Virus record (IMG/VR): IMGVR_UViG_2718217807_000001
Length of the DNA: 64,000 bases
Reading direction: 5' to 3' (one strand)
DNA from: a virus
Taxonomy: Duplodnaviria; Heunggongvirae; Uroviricota; Caudoviricetes
The translations under genes were made by a program, and so were the position numbers. Below are positions 1 to 10,133 of this stretch, one piece after another. The notes beneath the pieces were generated by a model, which was not told the DNA's origin, did not search any database, and saw nothing but the letters and a program-made list of their open reading frames with translations. Position 1 is the stretch's first letter, and every line of letters begins with the position of its first letter.

Positions 1-556
1 GGGGGCAGTCTCCCAAAGCATCGTAGTGACGAAAGATCGCACCTACAAAATCGGCGTGTTTGCTCGCTGTCAGTCTGGCTCCGTTGTCGATAATCAGGGC
101 AATAACAAACTGCGTATCGGCAACTCGTCTCTGCTCGTTGACTTCCAGTTTAAGCCGGCAGACCTTCCCACTGACTCGACCTGGAAGGAGATTTCCGGGA
201 CTTGGAAGGCGACGGTATCTGGCAGTGTTGGTGTCTCTATCAACTCGTCCCTAAAATCAGGTAATCAGTATTTCGATGATTTTTACTTCATCGATATCAC
301 TGACATAGTGAACATCGACGCGACGAGCAATGCGGTTGCTAGTCTGACTTCGCGAGTTACCAGTGCGGAGGGTACTGTTTCCAGTCACACCGGGAGTATC
401 ACGAATCTGAGCAATAGCCTTAATTCGTTGAATAACAAGGTTTCTGGCAAGGCCGACGCTTCGGCTCTTCAGTCACTGCAGAACACGGTTACTCAGCAAG
501 GTAAAGACTTGTCTTCTGCGAGTGGCAGTGTCACTGACCTGAAGAGTAGCCTGAAT
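1..556 (+). pseudogene. Phage tail fiber / host-specificity protein, 5' portion. The ORF enters the window from upstream with no in-frame stop before position 26. The reading frame is interrupted at 556/557 by the transposon.
   Basis: The ORF at 26-583 is open to the window edge. The protein carries a CBM-like segment (YFDDFYFIDITD) followed by Ser/Thr/Gln-rich coiled-coil repeats. Joining 556 to 6785 restores one continuous frame into the 6851-8134 ORF. Confidence 0.6.
552..556. repeat. Target-site duplication TGAAT (left copy)
   Basis: TGAAT lies immediately outside IR-L. The identical pentamer sits immediately outside IR-R at 6780-6784. Tn3-family elements make 5-bp TSDs. Confidence 0.8.
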
Positions 557-594
557 GGGGTCGTCTCAGAAAACGGAAAATAAAGCACGCTAAG
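557..594. repeat. Terminal inverted repeat IR-L, 38 bp (GGGGTCGTCTCAGAAAACGGAAAATAAAGCACGCTAAG)
   Basis: It is the exact reverse complement of 6742-6779. Confidence 0.9.
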
Positions 595-3556
595 CCGGTT
601 GCAGCGGCCGTAGCGGCCTGAACTTGCCCGCGCCGATCTTGGCGCTGCTGCGCCAGAGGTAATCGCCGGTCAGGTTGATGTGCTCCCAGCCGAGCGGCGA
701 CAGGTACTGCAACAGGCCGTCATCGACGGCTTGACCGTGGCCACGCAAGGCGTTCGCGGCCCGCTCCAGATAGACCGTGTTCCATAGCACGATGGCCGCC
801 GTCACCAGGTTGAGGCCGCTGGCCCGGTAGCGCTGCTGCTCGAAGCTGCGGTCGCGGATTTCCCCCAGGCGGTTGAAGAACACGGCGCGGGCCAGCGCGT
901 TGCGCGCCTCGCCTTTGTTCAGCCCGGCATGCACGCGGCGGCGCAGCTCGACGCTTTGCAGCCAGTCCAGGATGAACAGTGTGCGCTCGATGCGTCCCAG
1001 CTCACGCAGGGCGACGGCCAGGCCGTTCTGGCGCGGGTAGCTGCCAAGCTTCCTGAGCATCAGCGAGGCCGTCGCCGTGCCCTGCTTGATCGAGGTGGCC
1101 ATCCGCAGGATTTCATCCCAATGGGCGCGGACGTGCTTGATGTTGAGCGTGCCGCCGATCATCGGTTTCAACGCCTCGTAGGTGGCATCGCCCTTCGGGA
1201 TGTAGAGCTTGGTGTCGCCCAGGTCACGAATGCGCGGGGCGAAGCGGAAGCCCAGCAGGTGCATCAACGCGAAGACGTGGTCCGTGAACCCTGCCGTGTC
1301 GGTGTAGTGCTCCTCGATCCGCAGGTCGGATTCGTGATACAGCAGGCCGTCGAGCACGTAGGTCGAGTCGCGCACGCCGACGTTCACGACCTTGGTGTGG
1401 AACGGCGCGTACTGGTCGGAGATATGGGTGTAGAACGTCCGCCCTGGGCTGCTGCCGTATTTCGGATTGATGTGGCCGGTGCTCTCGGCCTTGCTGCCGG
1501 TGCGGAAGTTCTGGCCGTCCGACGATGACGTGGTGCCGTCGCCCCAATGCCCGGCGAAGGGATGTCGGAACTGCGCGTTGACCAGCTCGGCCAGTGCCGC
1601 CCCGTAGGTTTCGTCGCGGATGTGCCAGGCTTGCAGCCAGGCCAGCTTGGCGTAGGTCGTGCCGGGGCACGATTCCGCCATCTTGGTCAGGCCCAGGTTG
1701 ATCGCGTCGGCGAGGATCGTGGTCAGCAACAGGTTTTTGTCCTTGGCCAGGTCGCCTGACTTCAGGTGGGCGAAGTGCCGGGTGAAGCCCGTCCATTCGT
1801 CTACCTCCAGCAGCAATTCGGTGATCTTGACGTGCGGTAGGATCATCGCCGTCTGGTCGATCAGGGCCTGTGCGGTATCGGGCACCGCCGCATCGAGCGG
1901 CGTGATCTTCAGGCCCGACTCCGTGATGATGGCGTCCGGCAGCTCGTTGGCCAGCGCCATGCGGTTGACGGTGGCGAGCTGCGTTTCCAGCAGCGTCAGC
2001 CGGTCATGCAGGTACTGGTCGCAATCGGTGGCCACGGCCAGCGGCAATTCGCTGGCCTGCTTGAGGCTGGCGAATTTCGCGGGCGGCACCAGGTAGTCCT
2101 CGAAGTCCTTGAACTGGCGCGAGCCTTGCACCCAGATGTCGCCGGAGCGCAGCGCGTTCTTCAGCTCCGACAGCGCGCACAGTTCGTAGTAGCGCCGGTC
2201 GATGCCGGTGTCGGTCATCACCAGCTTCTGCCAGCGCGGCTTGATGAACTCGGTCGGCGCGTCGGTGGGCACCTTGCGGGCGTTGTCGCTGTTAATGCTG
2301 CGCAGCACCTCGATGGCGTCGAGTACGTCCTTGGCGGCGGGCGCGGCCCGCAACTTGAGCACGTCGAGAAATTCCGGCGCGTAGCGGCGCAGCGTGGCGT
2401 AGCTCTCGCCGATGCGGTGCAGGAAATCGAAGTCCTCGGGTTGCGCGAGCCGCTGCGCTTCGGTGACGCTCTCGGCGAAAGCATCCCAGGACATGACGGC
2501 CTCGATGGCGGCGAACGGATCGCGGCCCGCTTGCTTGGCCTCGATCAGCGCCTGGCCGATGCGCCCGAACAGCCGCACCTTGGCATTGATCGCCTTGCCG
2601 GATGCCTGGAACTGCTGCTGATGCTTGTTCTTGGCGGCATTGAACAGCTTGCCCAGGATGCGGTCATGCAGGTCGATGATTTCGTCGGTGACGGTGGCCA
2701 TGCCCTCGATGGCGAGCGCCACCAGGGTCGCGTAACGCCGCTGCGGCTCGAACTTCGCCAGGTCGGCGGGCGTCATCTGGCCGCCCTCGCGGGCGATCTT
2801 GAGCAGCCGGTTCTGGTGAACCAGCCGCTCGATGCCGGAGGGCAGGTCGAGCGCCTGCCACGCCTTGAGGCGTTCGATGTGTTCCAGCATGTGCCGCGAG
2901 TTCGGTTTGACCGGGGATTGCCGCAGCCAGGCCAGCCACGTCGTCTTGCCGTTGTCGCGGCGCTTGAGCAGATCGTCGAGGCGACGGCGATGCACGTCCG
3001 TCAGCGGCTCAGCCAAGGCGTCGTAGAGACGCCGGTTGGCGCGGGTAATCGCTTCGGCGCTCGCCCGCTCGACGGCGTTGAGGGCGGGCACAATGACCGA
3101 CTGCCGCCGCAGGTGCTCGATCAAGGCTCTGGCCAGCACGATGCCCTTGTCGGTTTGCATGGCCAGCTCGGTCAGCAACTGGACAGCCTGCCGGTAGTGG
3201 CCAATCGTGAACGGCTGGAAGCCGAACACCGTTTGCAGCTCGACCAGGTGCTCGCGTCGGGTCTGCTCACGCTGCCCGTACTCGTCCCAGCTTTCGATGC
3301 CGACCTTGAGCTGGTTGGCGACCAGTCTCAGCAATGGCGGGAACGGTGGCTCATCAGCGCCAAGGATGACGCCGGGAAAGCGCAGGTAGCAGAGCTGCAC
3401 CGCGAAGCCCAGCCGATTGGCCGGGCCGCGCCGCTGCCGGATGATGGAGAGGTCGCTTTCGCTGAACGTGTAGTGACGGATCAACTCATCCTTGGTGTCC
3501 GGCAACGCCAGCAGGCTTTCGCGCTCGGCGGCGGAGAGGATCGAACGGCGGGGCAT
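590..3556 (-). CDS. tnpA: Tn3-family transposase
   Basis: 988-aa ORF whose 3' end runs into IR-L. The length and position are typical of Tn3-family TnpA. Confidence 0.9.
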   Translation of the reverse strand: MPRRSILSAAERESLLALPDTKDELIRHYTFSESDLSIIRQRRGPANRLGFAVQLCYLRFPGVILGADEPPFPPLLRLVANQLKVGIESWDEYGQREQTRREHLVELQTVFGFQPFTIGHYRQAVQLLTELAMQTDKGIVLARALIEHLRRQSVIVPALNAVERASAEAITRANRRLYDALAEPLTDVHRRRLDDLLKRRDNGKTTWLAWLRQSPVKPNSRHMLEHIERLKAWQALDLPSGIERLVHQNRLLKIAREGGQMTPADLAKFEPQRRYATLVALAIEGMATVTDEIIDLHDRILGKLFNAAKNKHQQQFQASGKAINAKVRLFGRIGQALIEAKQAGRDPFAAIEAVMSWDAFAESVTEAQRLAQPEDFDFLHRIGESYATLRRYAPEFLDVLKLRAAPAAKDVLDAIEVLRSINSDNARKVPTDAPTEFIKPRWQKLVMTDTGIDRRYYELCALSELKNALRSGDIWVQGSRQFKDFEDYLVPPAKFASLKQASELPLAVATDCDQYLHDRLTLLETQLATVNRMALANELPDAIITESGLKITPLDAAVPDTAQALIDQTAMILPHVKITELLLEVDEWTGFTRHFAHLKSGDLAKDKNLLLTTILADAINLGLTKMAESCPGTTYAKLAWLQAWHIRDETYGAALAELVNAQFRHPFAGHWGDGTTSSSDGQNFRTGSKAESTGHINPKYGSSPGRTFYTHISDQYAPFHTKVVNVGVRDSTYVLDGLLYHESDLRIEEHYTDTAGFTDHVFALMHLLGFRFAPRIRDLGDTKLYIPKGDATYEALKPMIGGTLNIKHVRAHWDEILRMATSIKQGTATASLMLRKLGSYPRQNGLAVALRELGRIERTLFILDWLQSVELRRRVHAGLNKGEARNALARAVFFNRLGEIRDRSFEQQRYRASGLNLVTAAIVLWNTVYLERAANALRGHGQAVDDGLLQYLSPLGWEHINLTGDYLWRSSAKIGAGKFRPLRPLQPA

Positions 3557-3708
3557 GCGGTTTCCTTCTTCTTGAAAACGTAGGTTTGTGACAAGCCCGC
3601 CAAGGCAACCGGCGCGGCACGGGAATCAAGGCATTGCGATTCTCGAAAATAGTTCTTGAAATTCTATTCTTGATTGCATATCATCTCAACGAGTTTCGAT
3701 AAGAAAGG
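3557..3708. promoter_or_regulatory. Divergent promoter region between tnpA and mntA-hepT. Contains the palindrome TTGTGACAA. Candidate operator or res-like site.
   Basis: 152-bp gap between divergent genes. Palindrome at about 3587. No resolvase subsite architecture could be verified by eye. Confidence 0.3.
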
Positions 3709-4005
3709 ATGCGCATGCGACCGTCTGTTGTGCTTGACATGAAGCGAAGCGCAGTGCGTGAAGCGGTAGGCCGCTTTCGCGCCGCGAACCCGCGCGTCTT
3801 CGGCTCGGTGCTGCATGGCACCGACCGGGATGGCAGCGACCTCGACCTGTTGGTCGATGCGCTGCCCGGTGCCACGTTGTTGGACTTGGGCGATTTGGAA
3901 GAAGAACTGAAATCGCTGCTCGGCGTTGACGTCGATCTGCTGACTCCCGGCGACCTGCCGCCGAAGTTCCGGGCCAAGGTGCTCGCGGAGGCGCAACCGA
4001 TATGA
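3709..4005 (+). CDS. mntA: Minimal nucleotidyltransferase (MNT) antitoxin
   Basis: GS-x9-DxD motif (FGSVLHGTDRDGSDLDLLV). About 98 aa. Overlaps the downstream HEPN gene by 4 nt. Confidence 0.75.
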   Translation: MRMRPSVVLDMKRSAVREAVGRFRAANPRVFGSVLHGTDRDGSDLDLLVDALPGATLLDLGDLEEELKSLLGVDVDLLTPGDLPPKFRAKVLAEAQPI

Positions 4006-4403
4006 GCGAGAACCGCCTGCCCGATTACCTCGACCACATTCAGCAGGCCGCAACCGATGCGCGCAGCTTCGTGGAAGGGATGGCCAAGGACGACTTCTTG
4101 GCCGACAAGCGCACCCAGCAGGCCGTCATCATGAGCCTGATCGTCATCGGCGAGGCGGCCACAAAGGTGATGGATGGCTACGTCGAGTTCACCCAGGCGC
4201 ATGCCGACGTGCCGTGGCGCAGCATGCGCAATATGCGTAATCGCATGGCTCACGGCTATTTCGACATCAACCTCGATGTGGTGTGGGAGACGGTACAGGA
4301 ATGGCTGCCGGCGTTGCTCCAGCAATTGCCCGCCGTGCGTCAGGATGCCGACGATGAAGACCGTAACGACAACTGTGAAAGAGGGATCTCCGATGACTGT
4401 TGA
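4002..4403 (+). CDS. hepT: HEPN-domain toxin (HepT/DUF86-like RNase)
   Basis: C-terminal RNRMAHGY motif (Rx4HxY). 133 aa. Translationally coupled to the MNT gene. Confidence 0.8.
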   Translation: MSENRLPDYLDHIQQAATDARSFVEGMAKDDFLADKRTQQAVIMSLIVIGEAATKVMDGYVEFTQAHADVPWRSMRNMRNRMAHGYFDINLDVVWETVQEWLPALLQQLPAVRQDADDEDRNDNCERGISDDC

Positions 4404-4749
4404 ATCGAGAATATTTTCTGTAGCCGAGTATGTTCAGCCGTCCGAAGGCGAGCCTATTCGTTCCGTTGTGCTTGAAACCCGAGACTCAATTATCGTGGTT
4501 TGGCATGTCCATCCCGGGCAGGAAATTGCGGCTCACATTCATCCTCACGGCCAAGACACGTGGACTGTTTTGTCGGGAATGGCTGATTACTTTCAGGGCA
4601 ATGGGATTGTTCGTGCCCTCAGGGAAGGTGAGATAGCCGTGGCAAGACCGGGCCAAGTGCACGGGGCGCGAAATACAGGTACCGAGCCATTTGTGTTAGT
4701 CTCGGTTGTGGCATCAGCCAATGCCGGTTTCGTATTGGCTGAGCGATAG
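4393..4749 (+). CDS. Cupin-domain protein
   Basis: Two His-containing cupin motifs (HVHPGQEIAAHIHPHGQDTW and PGQVHGARN). AGAGGG RBS ahead of the ATG at 4393. Confidence 0.55.
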   Translation: MTVESRIFSVAEYVQPSEGEPIRSVVLETRDSIIVVWHVHPGQEIAAHIHPHGQDTWTVLSGMADYFQGNGIVRALREGEIAVARPGQVHGARNTGTEPFVLVSVVASANAGFVLAER

Positions 4750-5003
4750 AGCCCAATCTCTGGAGTTGGTCCAATGAGCGGTCGGGGAGATAGGTAACAG
4801 ACATGCAGCGGACACGGCTGCTAAACCAGGTCGCAAACCTCCTTGCGTCGCAGCGTGCCGCAAGCGACGCGATCAATCGAATGGGGTCGGCATGAGACTG
4901 AACACCATCCAGTTCCCGACCGCGTAGCCGCCTGTCCTGCCGATCAGGTCTTGACCATCGACGCCTGGGATCAGTCCTGAATGTTCTTGGAGACCACTAC
5001 GTT

Positions 5004-5330
5004 ATGAGCCGCAGCCGCCGCAAAACACCCATCGTCGGGCACACGACCTGCGGCAGCGAGCGCGAGGACAAGAAGCTCTGGCATCAGCGCTGGCGCACCC
5101 GTGAGCGCACGGCGCTGACCAGCGCGTCGCCCGAAGCCCTGAGCGCCCATCTGCCCCTGCTGGAAAACCAGGCCAGCAGCGTCTGGTCGATGGGCAAGGA
5201 TGGCCGCTCCTACTGGCCCGTCAAGCGCCAGGCCGCCACGGCGGATCGCATCGCCAATCACAAGGGACGCAACCCGCAAGAACGCGCCTCCCTGAAAAAG
5301 CGCCTGCTGCGCAAGTGGATGAGCAAATGA
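5004..5330 (+). CDS. Hypothetical basic protein (transposon cargo)
   Basis: 108-aa ORF with high-GC codon usage. No recognisable motif. Confidence 0.35.
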   Translation: MSRSRRKTPIVGHTTCGSEREDKKLWHQRWRTRERTALTSASPEALSAHLPLLENQASSVWSMGKDGRSYWPVKRQAATADRIANHKGRNPQERASLKKRLLRKWMSK

Positions 5331-5827
5331 AGCTCTCCTTCCATCAGCACATTGCGCTGTTCTGGATGATCGGTGCTCCGGGCGTCTTCGCGCCCGTGAT
5401 CGAGAACGCCAAGCGGCCCGATGCCGGCGCCGTCATGGCGTGGGGTGTCGCGATCGTGGCGGTGATGATCCTCTTCACCCCTTTGCTGCTGCGCTGTCCA
5501 CCATTCCGGCGCTGGTATGGCCGGACGGATGCGCTGTCGGAGCGGCAGCGCCAGGCGCTTGCCGAGCGCGGCCTGCGCCGCTACTACCAGACCGCTTTCG
5601 ATGACGGCTACGTGCCCCGCGTGATGCCCTACGTGTGGCGCATCATCTGGACGGTCGGCGGGTTGATGGCTGTGACCGCCGTACTGCCTACCAACACCGG
5701 ACGGCCAGCCTTCGATGCCTTGGTGGTCTTCTCGACCTGGTATCCGATAGGCGTGATGCTGCTGGTTTTCGCGTCGAGGCCCCTTGGCCGGTTGATTCGC
5801 CAAAGAGCACAGGAGCGGCGGAAATGA
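5315..5827 (+). CDS. Hypothetical integral membrane protein (transposon cargo)
   Basis: 170 aa with three or four hydrophobic helices. The start overlaps the stop of the previous ORF. Confidence 0.45.
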   Translation: MDEQMKLSFHQHIALFWMIGAPGVFAPVIENAKRPDAGAVMAWGVAIVAVMILFTPLLLRCPPFRRWYGRTDALSERQRQALAERGLRRYYQTAFDDGYVPRVMPYVWRIIWTVGGLMAVTAVLPTNTGRPAFDALVVFSTWYPIGVMLLVFASRPLGRLIRQRAQERRK

Positions 5828-6195
5828 GCACGTCAACCATCGAGGCGCTGGCCAGCGCCTGGGCAAGGATTGCCGAGGAAGCGGAATTCCCCGCTGACTA
5901 CGAGGGGACTGCCACACCACAAGCGCATCGGGCTAGCGAAGCTATTCAGGAGCAGATTCGGGAGCGCATCGTCGCCACCAACGACATGCGGCTGTTCAGC
6001 CTGCTGCACCTGCTGGGTCAGGCGTCGCTGCGCATGGAGCAAGCGCTGTGGCCGGAGGATTACGAGCGGATGACGCGCGAGGTTGAGGAAGCCCTGCGGC
6101 AAGCCACCGACGCCAACGCCAGATCGTACACCCACGAAGAAGTGATGCAGGCGATGCAGGAACGCATCGACCGGGCGCGAGACAAGCCATGTTGA
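5824..6195 (+). CDS. Hypothetical protein (transposon cargo)
   Basis: 123-aa acidic, helical ORF. The start overlaps the upstream stop (ATGA). The end overlaps the tnpR start. Confidence 0.4.
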   Translation: MSTSTIEALASAWARIAEEAEFPADYEGTATPQAHRASEAIQEQIRERIVATNDMRLFSLLHLLGQASLRMEQALWPEDYERMTREVEEALRQATDANARSYTHEEVMQAMQERIDRARDKPC

Positions 6196-6746
6196 TTGGC
6201 TATGCGCGCGTCTCGACGCAGGATCAGAACCTGGAGCTGCAACGCGAAGCCTTGAGCAAGGCCGGATGTAAAAAGGTCTTCGAGGACAAGGTGAGTGGCA
6301 CGCGGGCAGACCGGCCTGGCTTGGCCAAGACGCTCGAAATGCTGCGCGAAGGCGATACTTTGGTCGTCTGGAAGCTCGACCGGCTGGGCCGGTCGGTCAA
6401 GCAACTGGTCGATCTGGTCGGCGATCTGCACAAGCACGGTGTCCAGTTCAGGAGCCTCACCGACTCCATCGACACCGGCACACCATCCGGGCGGTTCTTC
6501 TTCCACGTCATGGCGAGCCTTGCCGAAATGGAGCGCGAGCTGACCGTCGAGCGCACCCGCGCCGGGCTGGAAGTCGCCAAGCAGCTCGGCCGCAAAGGCG
6601 GCCGCAAGCCGAAGATGACCGACAGCAAGATCGAGTCGGCCAAGAAGCTGCTGGCCAGCGGGGTGCCGCCCAAGGACGTGGCCAAGAACCTCGGCGTGTC
6701 CATTCCGACGCTGTACCGCTGGGTGCCAGCCTCCACGCACGCTTAG
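6189..6746 (+). CDS. tnpR: Serine recombinase (resolvase)
   Basis: N-terminal GYARVSTQDQ with catalytic Ser. C-terminal HTH. 185 aa. The gene ends inside IR-R. Confidence 0.85.
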   Translation: MLIGYARVSTQDQNLELQREALSKAGCKKVFEDKVSGTRADRPGLAKTLEMLREGDTLVVWKLDRLGRSVKQLVDLVGDLHKHGVQFRSLTDSIDTGTPSGRFFFHVMASLAEMERELTVERTRAGLEVAKQLGRKGGRKPKMTDSKIESAKKLLASGVPPKDVAKNLGVSIPTLYRWVPASTHA

Positions 6747-6779
6747 CGTGCTTTATTTTCCGTTTTCTGAGACGACCCC
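6742..6779. repeat. Terminal inverted repeat IR-R, 38 bp
   Basis: Reverse complement of 557-594 with 38/38 identity. Confidence 0.9.
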
Positions 6780-6784
6780 TGAAT
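6780..6784. repeat. Target-site duplication TGAAT (right copy)
   Basis: Identical to 552-556. Confidence 0.8.
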
Positions 6785-8134
6785 ACGCTGAAGGTCCAGA
6801 GTAACCCGTGGATCGACGGTACTTTCGAAACCTATGACAACAATCAGCAGTTGGGCGGCAGCACTGCGGTTGTAACGACGGACTTCAAGAGCACCGGCAG
6901 CAAATGTCTGAAAGTTATTCGTCCGGCCAATACTGGTGGGAATGCAGACAAGACGATCGGCTCCTATTCTGCGGTGCGCCAGAGCGCGAAATATCGCGTT
7001 GAGTTTTGGGCTATGATGCCGGCAAGTGAAGCCCCGCCGTCTGGCTGGTCTGTGGCCGTTGGTCTGCACTCGATCAACAAAGATGGTGCGAACGATTGGC
7101 AGGGCATTACGTTCAACGAGTCAGGCCTTGGCGCACGCGATCAGTGGGTCAAGTTCAGTGGCGTGCTGAAGCTGGGTCCGAGCGTAACCCGTAGCCATGT
7201 ATGGGTTTCTACTCGTGGTCAGAATGGCTCCAACACACCTGGATACGCGGCGTACATTGATGATTTCGTCATTACCGATATCACTGATGCTGCGGATGCA
7301 CAGGCTACGGCGGATGCAAACGCAACGGCAATCTCATCGTTGCAGACGAAGGTCAGCGACATCGACGGAAAAGTGACAGCCCAAACGTCGCAACTGTCTT
7401 CCATGCAGTCGAAGGTTGATGGGGCAACGTCGAAGGTTGATCAGCTGTCTAAGACCATATCTGACAGCCAGAGCACACAGGCGTCTTTAAACACGAGTCT
7501 TCAGTCTCAGATCAGTGCTCAGGCGTCGGCCAACATTGCAAATCAGGCTGATCTGAATAGCACTATGACCAGTGTGGCAACCATAAAGTCGACTCAGGCC
7601 ACTCAGGCCACTCAGTTGAGTGCCGTTGCTAAGAGCCAGACCGACATGACCGCGACTCTGAATAACCAGACCGCATCTATCCAGGTACTTCAGGAAGCCG
7701 TTTCAAATAACGACTCGCTGAACAGTACCTGGATGGTGAAGATGGAAACGAACAGCGCGGGACAGAAGTATGCGGCCGGCATTGCTCTCGGTGTCGACGG
7801 CAAAAGTCTGCAAAGCCAGTTCTTAGTTCAGGCTGACAGGTTCGCTTTAATCAATACCTCGAATGGCAGCACCACGACGCCGTTTGTTATCGATAATGGC
7901 GTTACCTATATGAACGCGGCTTACATCAAAGACGGCTCTATTACCAACGCCAAGGTAGGGGATCTTCAGTCGAGCAACTACTCCAGCGGCCAGTCTGGTT
8001 GGAGGATCGGTAAAAACGGCACGATGGAGATTAACGGCACCGGGTCGGGAAGTGCCAGAACGACCATCTCCAATGGTAAGATTGAAGTTTACGATTCGAA
8101 CAACCGTCTCCGAGTGAGAATGGGTATTTTCTAA
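6785..8134 (+). pseudogene. Phage tail fiber / host-specificity protein, 3' portion. Continuation of the frame interrupted at 556.
   Basis: Carries a second CBM-like repeat (YIDDFVITDITD) and long coiled-coil S/T/Q repeats. C-terminal block: FLVQADRFALINTSNG ... NAAYIKDGSITNAKV. Confidence 0.6.
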
Positions 8135-8181
8135 AACTAAAGCCGCCCACAGGAAGTGGGCGGCATCTCAAGGAAGAGATA

Positions 8182-9726
8182 ATGAGTATGTATGAAGTAG
8201 GCACCGTAACCGGCGCCGCAAATCAGGCGAAAGTGACCGGTGTAACGACTAAGTGGTCGCAGACAGCTCTTGGTATTCAACAAGGTTCAATACTGGTTGT
8301 CTACCGCAGCGGCAATGCTGATCTTTACGCGATTAAGTCCGTAGACAGTGACACTCAGATAACGCTAACCAGAAACATCACCACCGCGTTCTCTGGCGCG
8401 TCCTATGGCATTATCACGTCAGAGACAGCCAGCACTTCAGCTTTTGCCAATCAACTCTCCAGCGCGTTCTCTCTTTGGCGTAGTGTCGTTGAGGGCTGGT
8501 CAGCGGCATTAACGGGAAGCGGGAATATAACGTTAACAGACCCCATGACCGGCAAGTCTGTCACTGTGCCAGCGATTAAAGGGATGGCCAGCATTGCCGG
8601 TGGGAATAATTTTACTGGAACACAAAGTGTGGATAGCGACGACGCCGGCTTTATTCTCGGCAAGAACGCTGATATAGGGCTGGTTAAGAAAAACGGAACA
8701 TGGGGAAAACTCATGGTCGGGAAATCTACACGATTCTCTGTTGTCAAAAGCGCTAATGACCGGATATCTGCCACGGATGTCCAGACTGAAATATTCGGTG
8801 TTAATAGCTCTGGCGATGTTGATATTTTGGGGAATATTAATGGTAAGAAAAACGCCAACTTCACGGATGGAGGTGTTAGCGCCAGAAGCATTGAGCTTTC
8901 CTATACAACACCGTTTATCGACTTCCATTATGGGAATAGCACGGCAGACTATACTCACCGAATTATTGCGGATGACCCGGTCGCATTAGGGTTCGAGTGC
9001 AGTATTCGAGTTGCCAAAAATATTCGCTCTCAGCAGGGTATCAAAGCCGATTTATATGTGCGTGCCGCTGGTCGTGCCGGCATCATAGCGCAGTACGACA
9101 ATGATCCCTCTGTGAATTTCGGGGAAATAAGGGTTGCTCCGCAATTAACCACTCAATTTGCTACGATAGGGGCGGACTCGAACGGTCAGGCAGGGGGAAA
9201 TTTTTGGTTTGAAGAGCATGTCGGAAGCAACCACCGTCTCGTTACCCAAGTCAAAGGGTATGGCGCACCCGTACAATACTGGCATCATCGCAGCGACGGA
9301 ATGATCTGGAATAGTCAGCGAGGTGATGTAGCGTGGGCCGCAACTTCAGATAAAAACCTCAAGCATGATATTAAGCCCACAGATGGCATGAAGTCGTTGA
9401 ATAATATCAATGCCATGAAACTAGTTACTTTCATCTATAACGATGACGAGAGCGGGCGCCAGCGTCGAGGTGTGATTGCTCAGCAGCTTCAGAAAATTGA
9501 CCCGTGCTACGTGAAGGTGAGTAAAGGTGTGGTAAACCACCCAGCCATAAAGGATGATGAAGGTAATGAAATTGAATCAGAACATCAGGAGATAATTGAA
9601 AAACTTGTACTGGACTCCAATCCTTTGTTGATGGACGCCTTAAGTGCTATCCAGGTATTGTCGCGGGAGATTAGCGAACTCAGAGCTGAGAACAGAGATT
9701 TACGCTCATTTGTTCATTTTGAATAG
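8182..9726 (+). CDS. Tail fiber / tailspike protein with C-terminal intramolecular chaperone (peptidase S74-like) domain
   Basis: 514 aa. C-terminal ~120 aa (NLKHDIKPTDGMKSLNNINAMKLVTFIYNDDE...GVIAQQLQKIDP) matches the autoproteolytic chaperone module of endosialidase-type fibers. AGGAAG RBS. Confidence 0.65.
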   Translation: MSMYEVGTVTGAANQAKVTGVTTKWSQTALGIQQGSILVVYRSGNADLYAIKSVDSDTQITLTRNITTAFSGASYGIITSETASTSAFANQLSSAFSLWRSVVEGWSAALTGSGNITLTDPMTGKSVTVPAIKGMASIAGGNNFTGTQSVDSDDAGFILGKNADIGLVKKNGTWGKLMVGKSTRFSVVKSANDRISATDVQTEIFGVNSSGDVDILGNINGKKNANFTDGGVSARSIELSYTTPFIDFHYGNSTADYTHRIIADDPVALGFECSIRVAKNIRSQQGIKADLYVRAAGRAGIIAQYDNDPSVNFGEIRVAPQLTTQFATIGADSNGQAGGNFWFEEHVGSNHRLVTQVKGYGAPVQYWHHRSDGMIWNSQRGDVAWAATSDKNLKHDIKPTDGMKSLNNINAMKLVTFIYNDDESGRQRRGVIAQQLQKIDPCYVKVSKGVVNHPAIKDDEGNEIESEHQEIIEKLVLDSNPLLMDALSAIQVLSREISELRAENRDLRSFVHFE

Positions 9727-9808
9727 TTAGTAAGTATTTACTTACTTTAATTCAAGAGATATGGTATAACCGGGTGGATTTAGGTTTGACAGTCATGGAG
9801 GATTAACA

Positions 9809-10123
9809 ATGTCAAACGAAACGCCCGGTGTGAGCCACAAGGAAGTGGAGCGCATCGCTCAAATTGTCGCGAGAGAAGTCCTGCAGGGGCTTCGCGATGA
9901 GGTTGGGGAAGAGGTGGATAAGCGACTGAAAGCTTACCTGGGAGACATGACCGCGACCCAGCACAGCATTCAGCATGCCAACCTGGACAAATTACTGAAC
10001 CGAATGGATGCCATTTCAAGCGGCTTTTTCGGTGGGGTAGTGTCTAAGGTCACTTCTTTCCTGATCACCGCCTTGCTGCTGGGACTGGCAGCGTATGGCG
10101 TAAAAAGCGGTATTGGAAACTAA
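9809..10123 (+). CDS. Small membrane protein, possible holin
   Basis: 104 aa. Single C-terminal TM helix. Sits immediately upstream of the lysis genes. Confidence 0.3.
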   Translation: MSNETPGVSHKEVERIAQIVAREVLQGLRDEVGEEVDKRLKAYLGDMTATQHSIQHANLDKLLNRMDAISSGFFGGVVSKVTSFLITALLLGLAAYGVKSGIGN

Positions 10124-10133
10124 GGGGAAAAGG

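Larger units (their letters stand above)
557..6779. mobile_element. Tn3-family transposon, ~6.2 kb, with Tn21-like 38-bp IRs. It carries tnpA, a MNT/HEPN TA pair, a cupin, three unknown ORFs and tnpR.
   Basis: Perfect 38-bp inverted repeats at both ends, starting GGGG. Flanked by a 5-bp direct repeat. GC content is much higher than the flanking phage DNA. A 988-aa transposase and a serine resolvase lie inside. Confidence 0.9.

Noticed and set aside
929-3583. Several long + strand ORFs (199, 145 and 525 aa) lying inside the tnpA gene
   Set aside because: They are antisense shadow ORFs of a high-GC gene, with no RBS or motifs. The 988-aa minus-strand transposase explains the region.
3664-4325. 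Minus-strand ORFs (129 and 214 aa) overlapping mntA/hepT
   Set aside because: Antisense to a well-supported, translationally coupled TA pair. High-GC shadow frames.
5258-6740. Minus-strand ORFs (220, 100, 226 and 170 aa) across the transposon cargo and tnpR
   Set aside because: Antisense to ORFs with better start contexts and a recognisable resolvase. Typical GC-rich spurious frames.
9780-10019. 79-aa minus-strand ORF overlapping the holin-like gene start
   Set aside because: Antisense to a + strand gene train. No RBS. Cys/Pro-rich nonsense translation.
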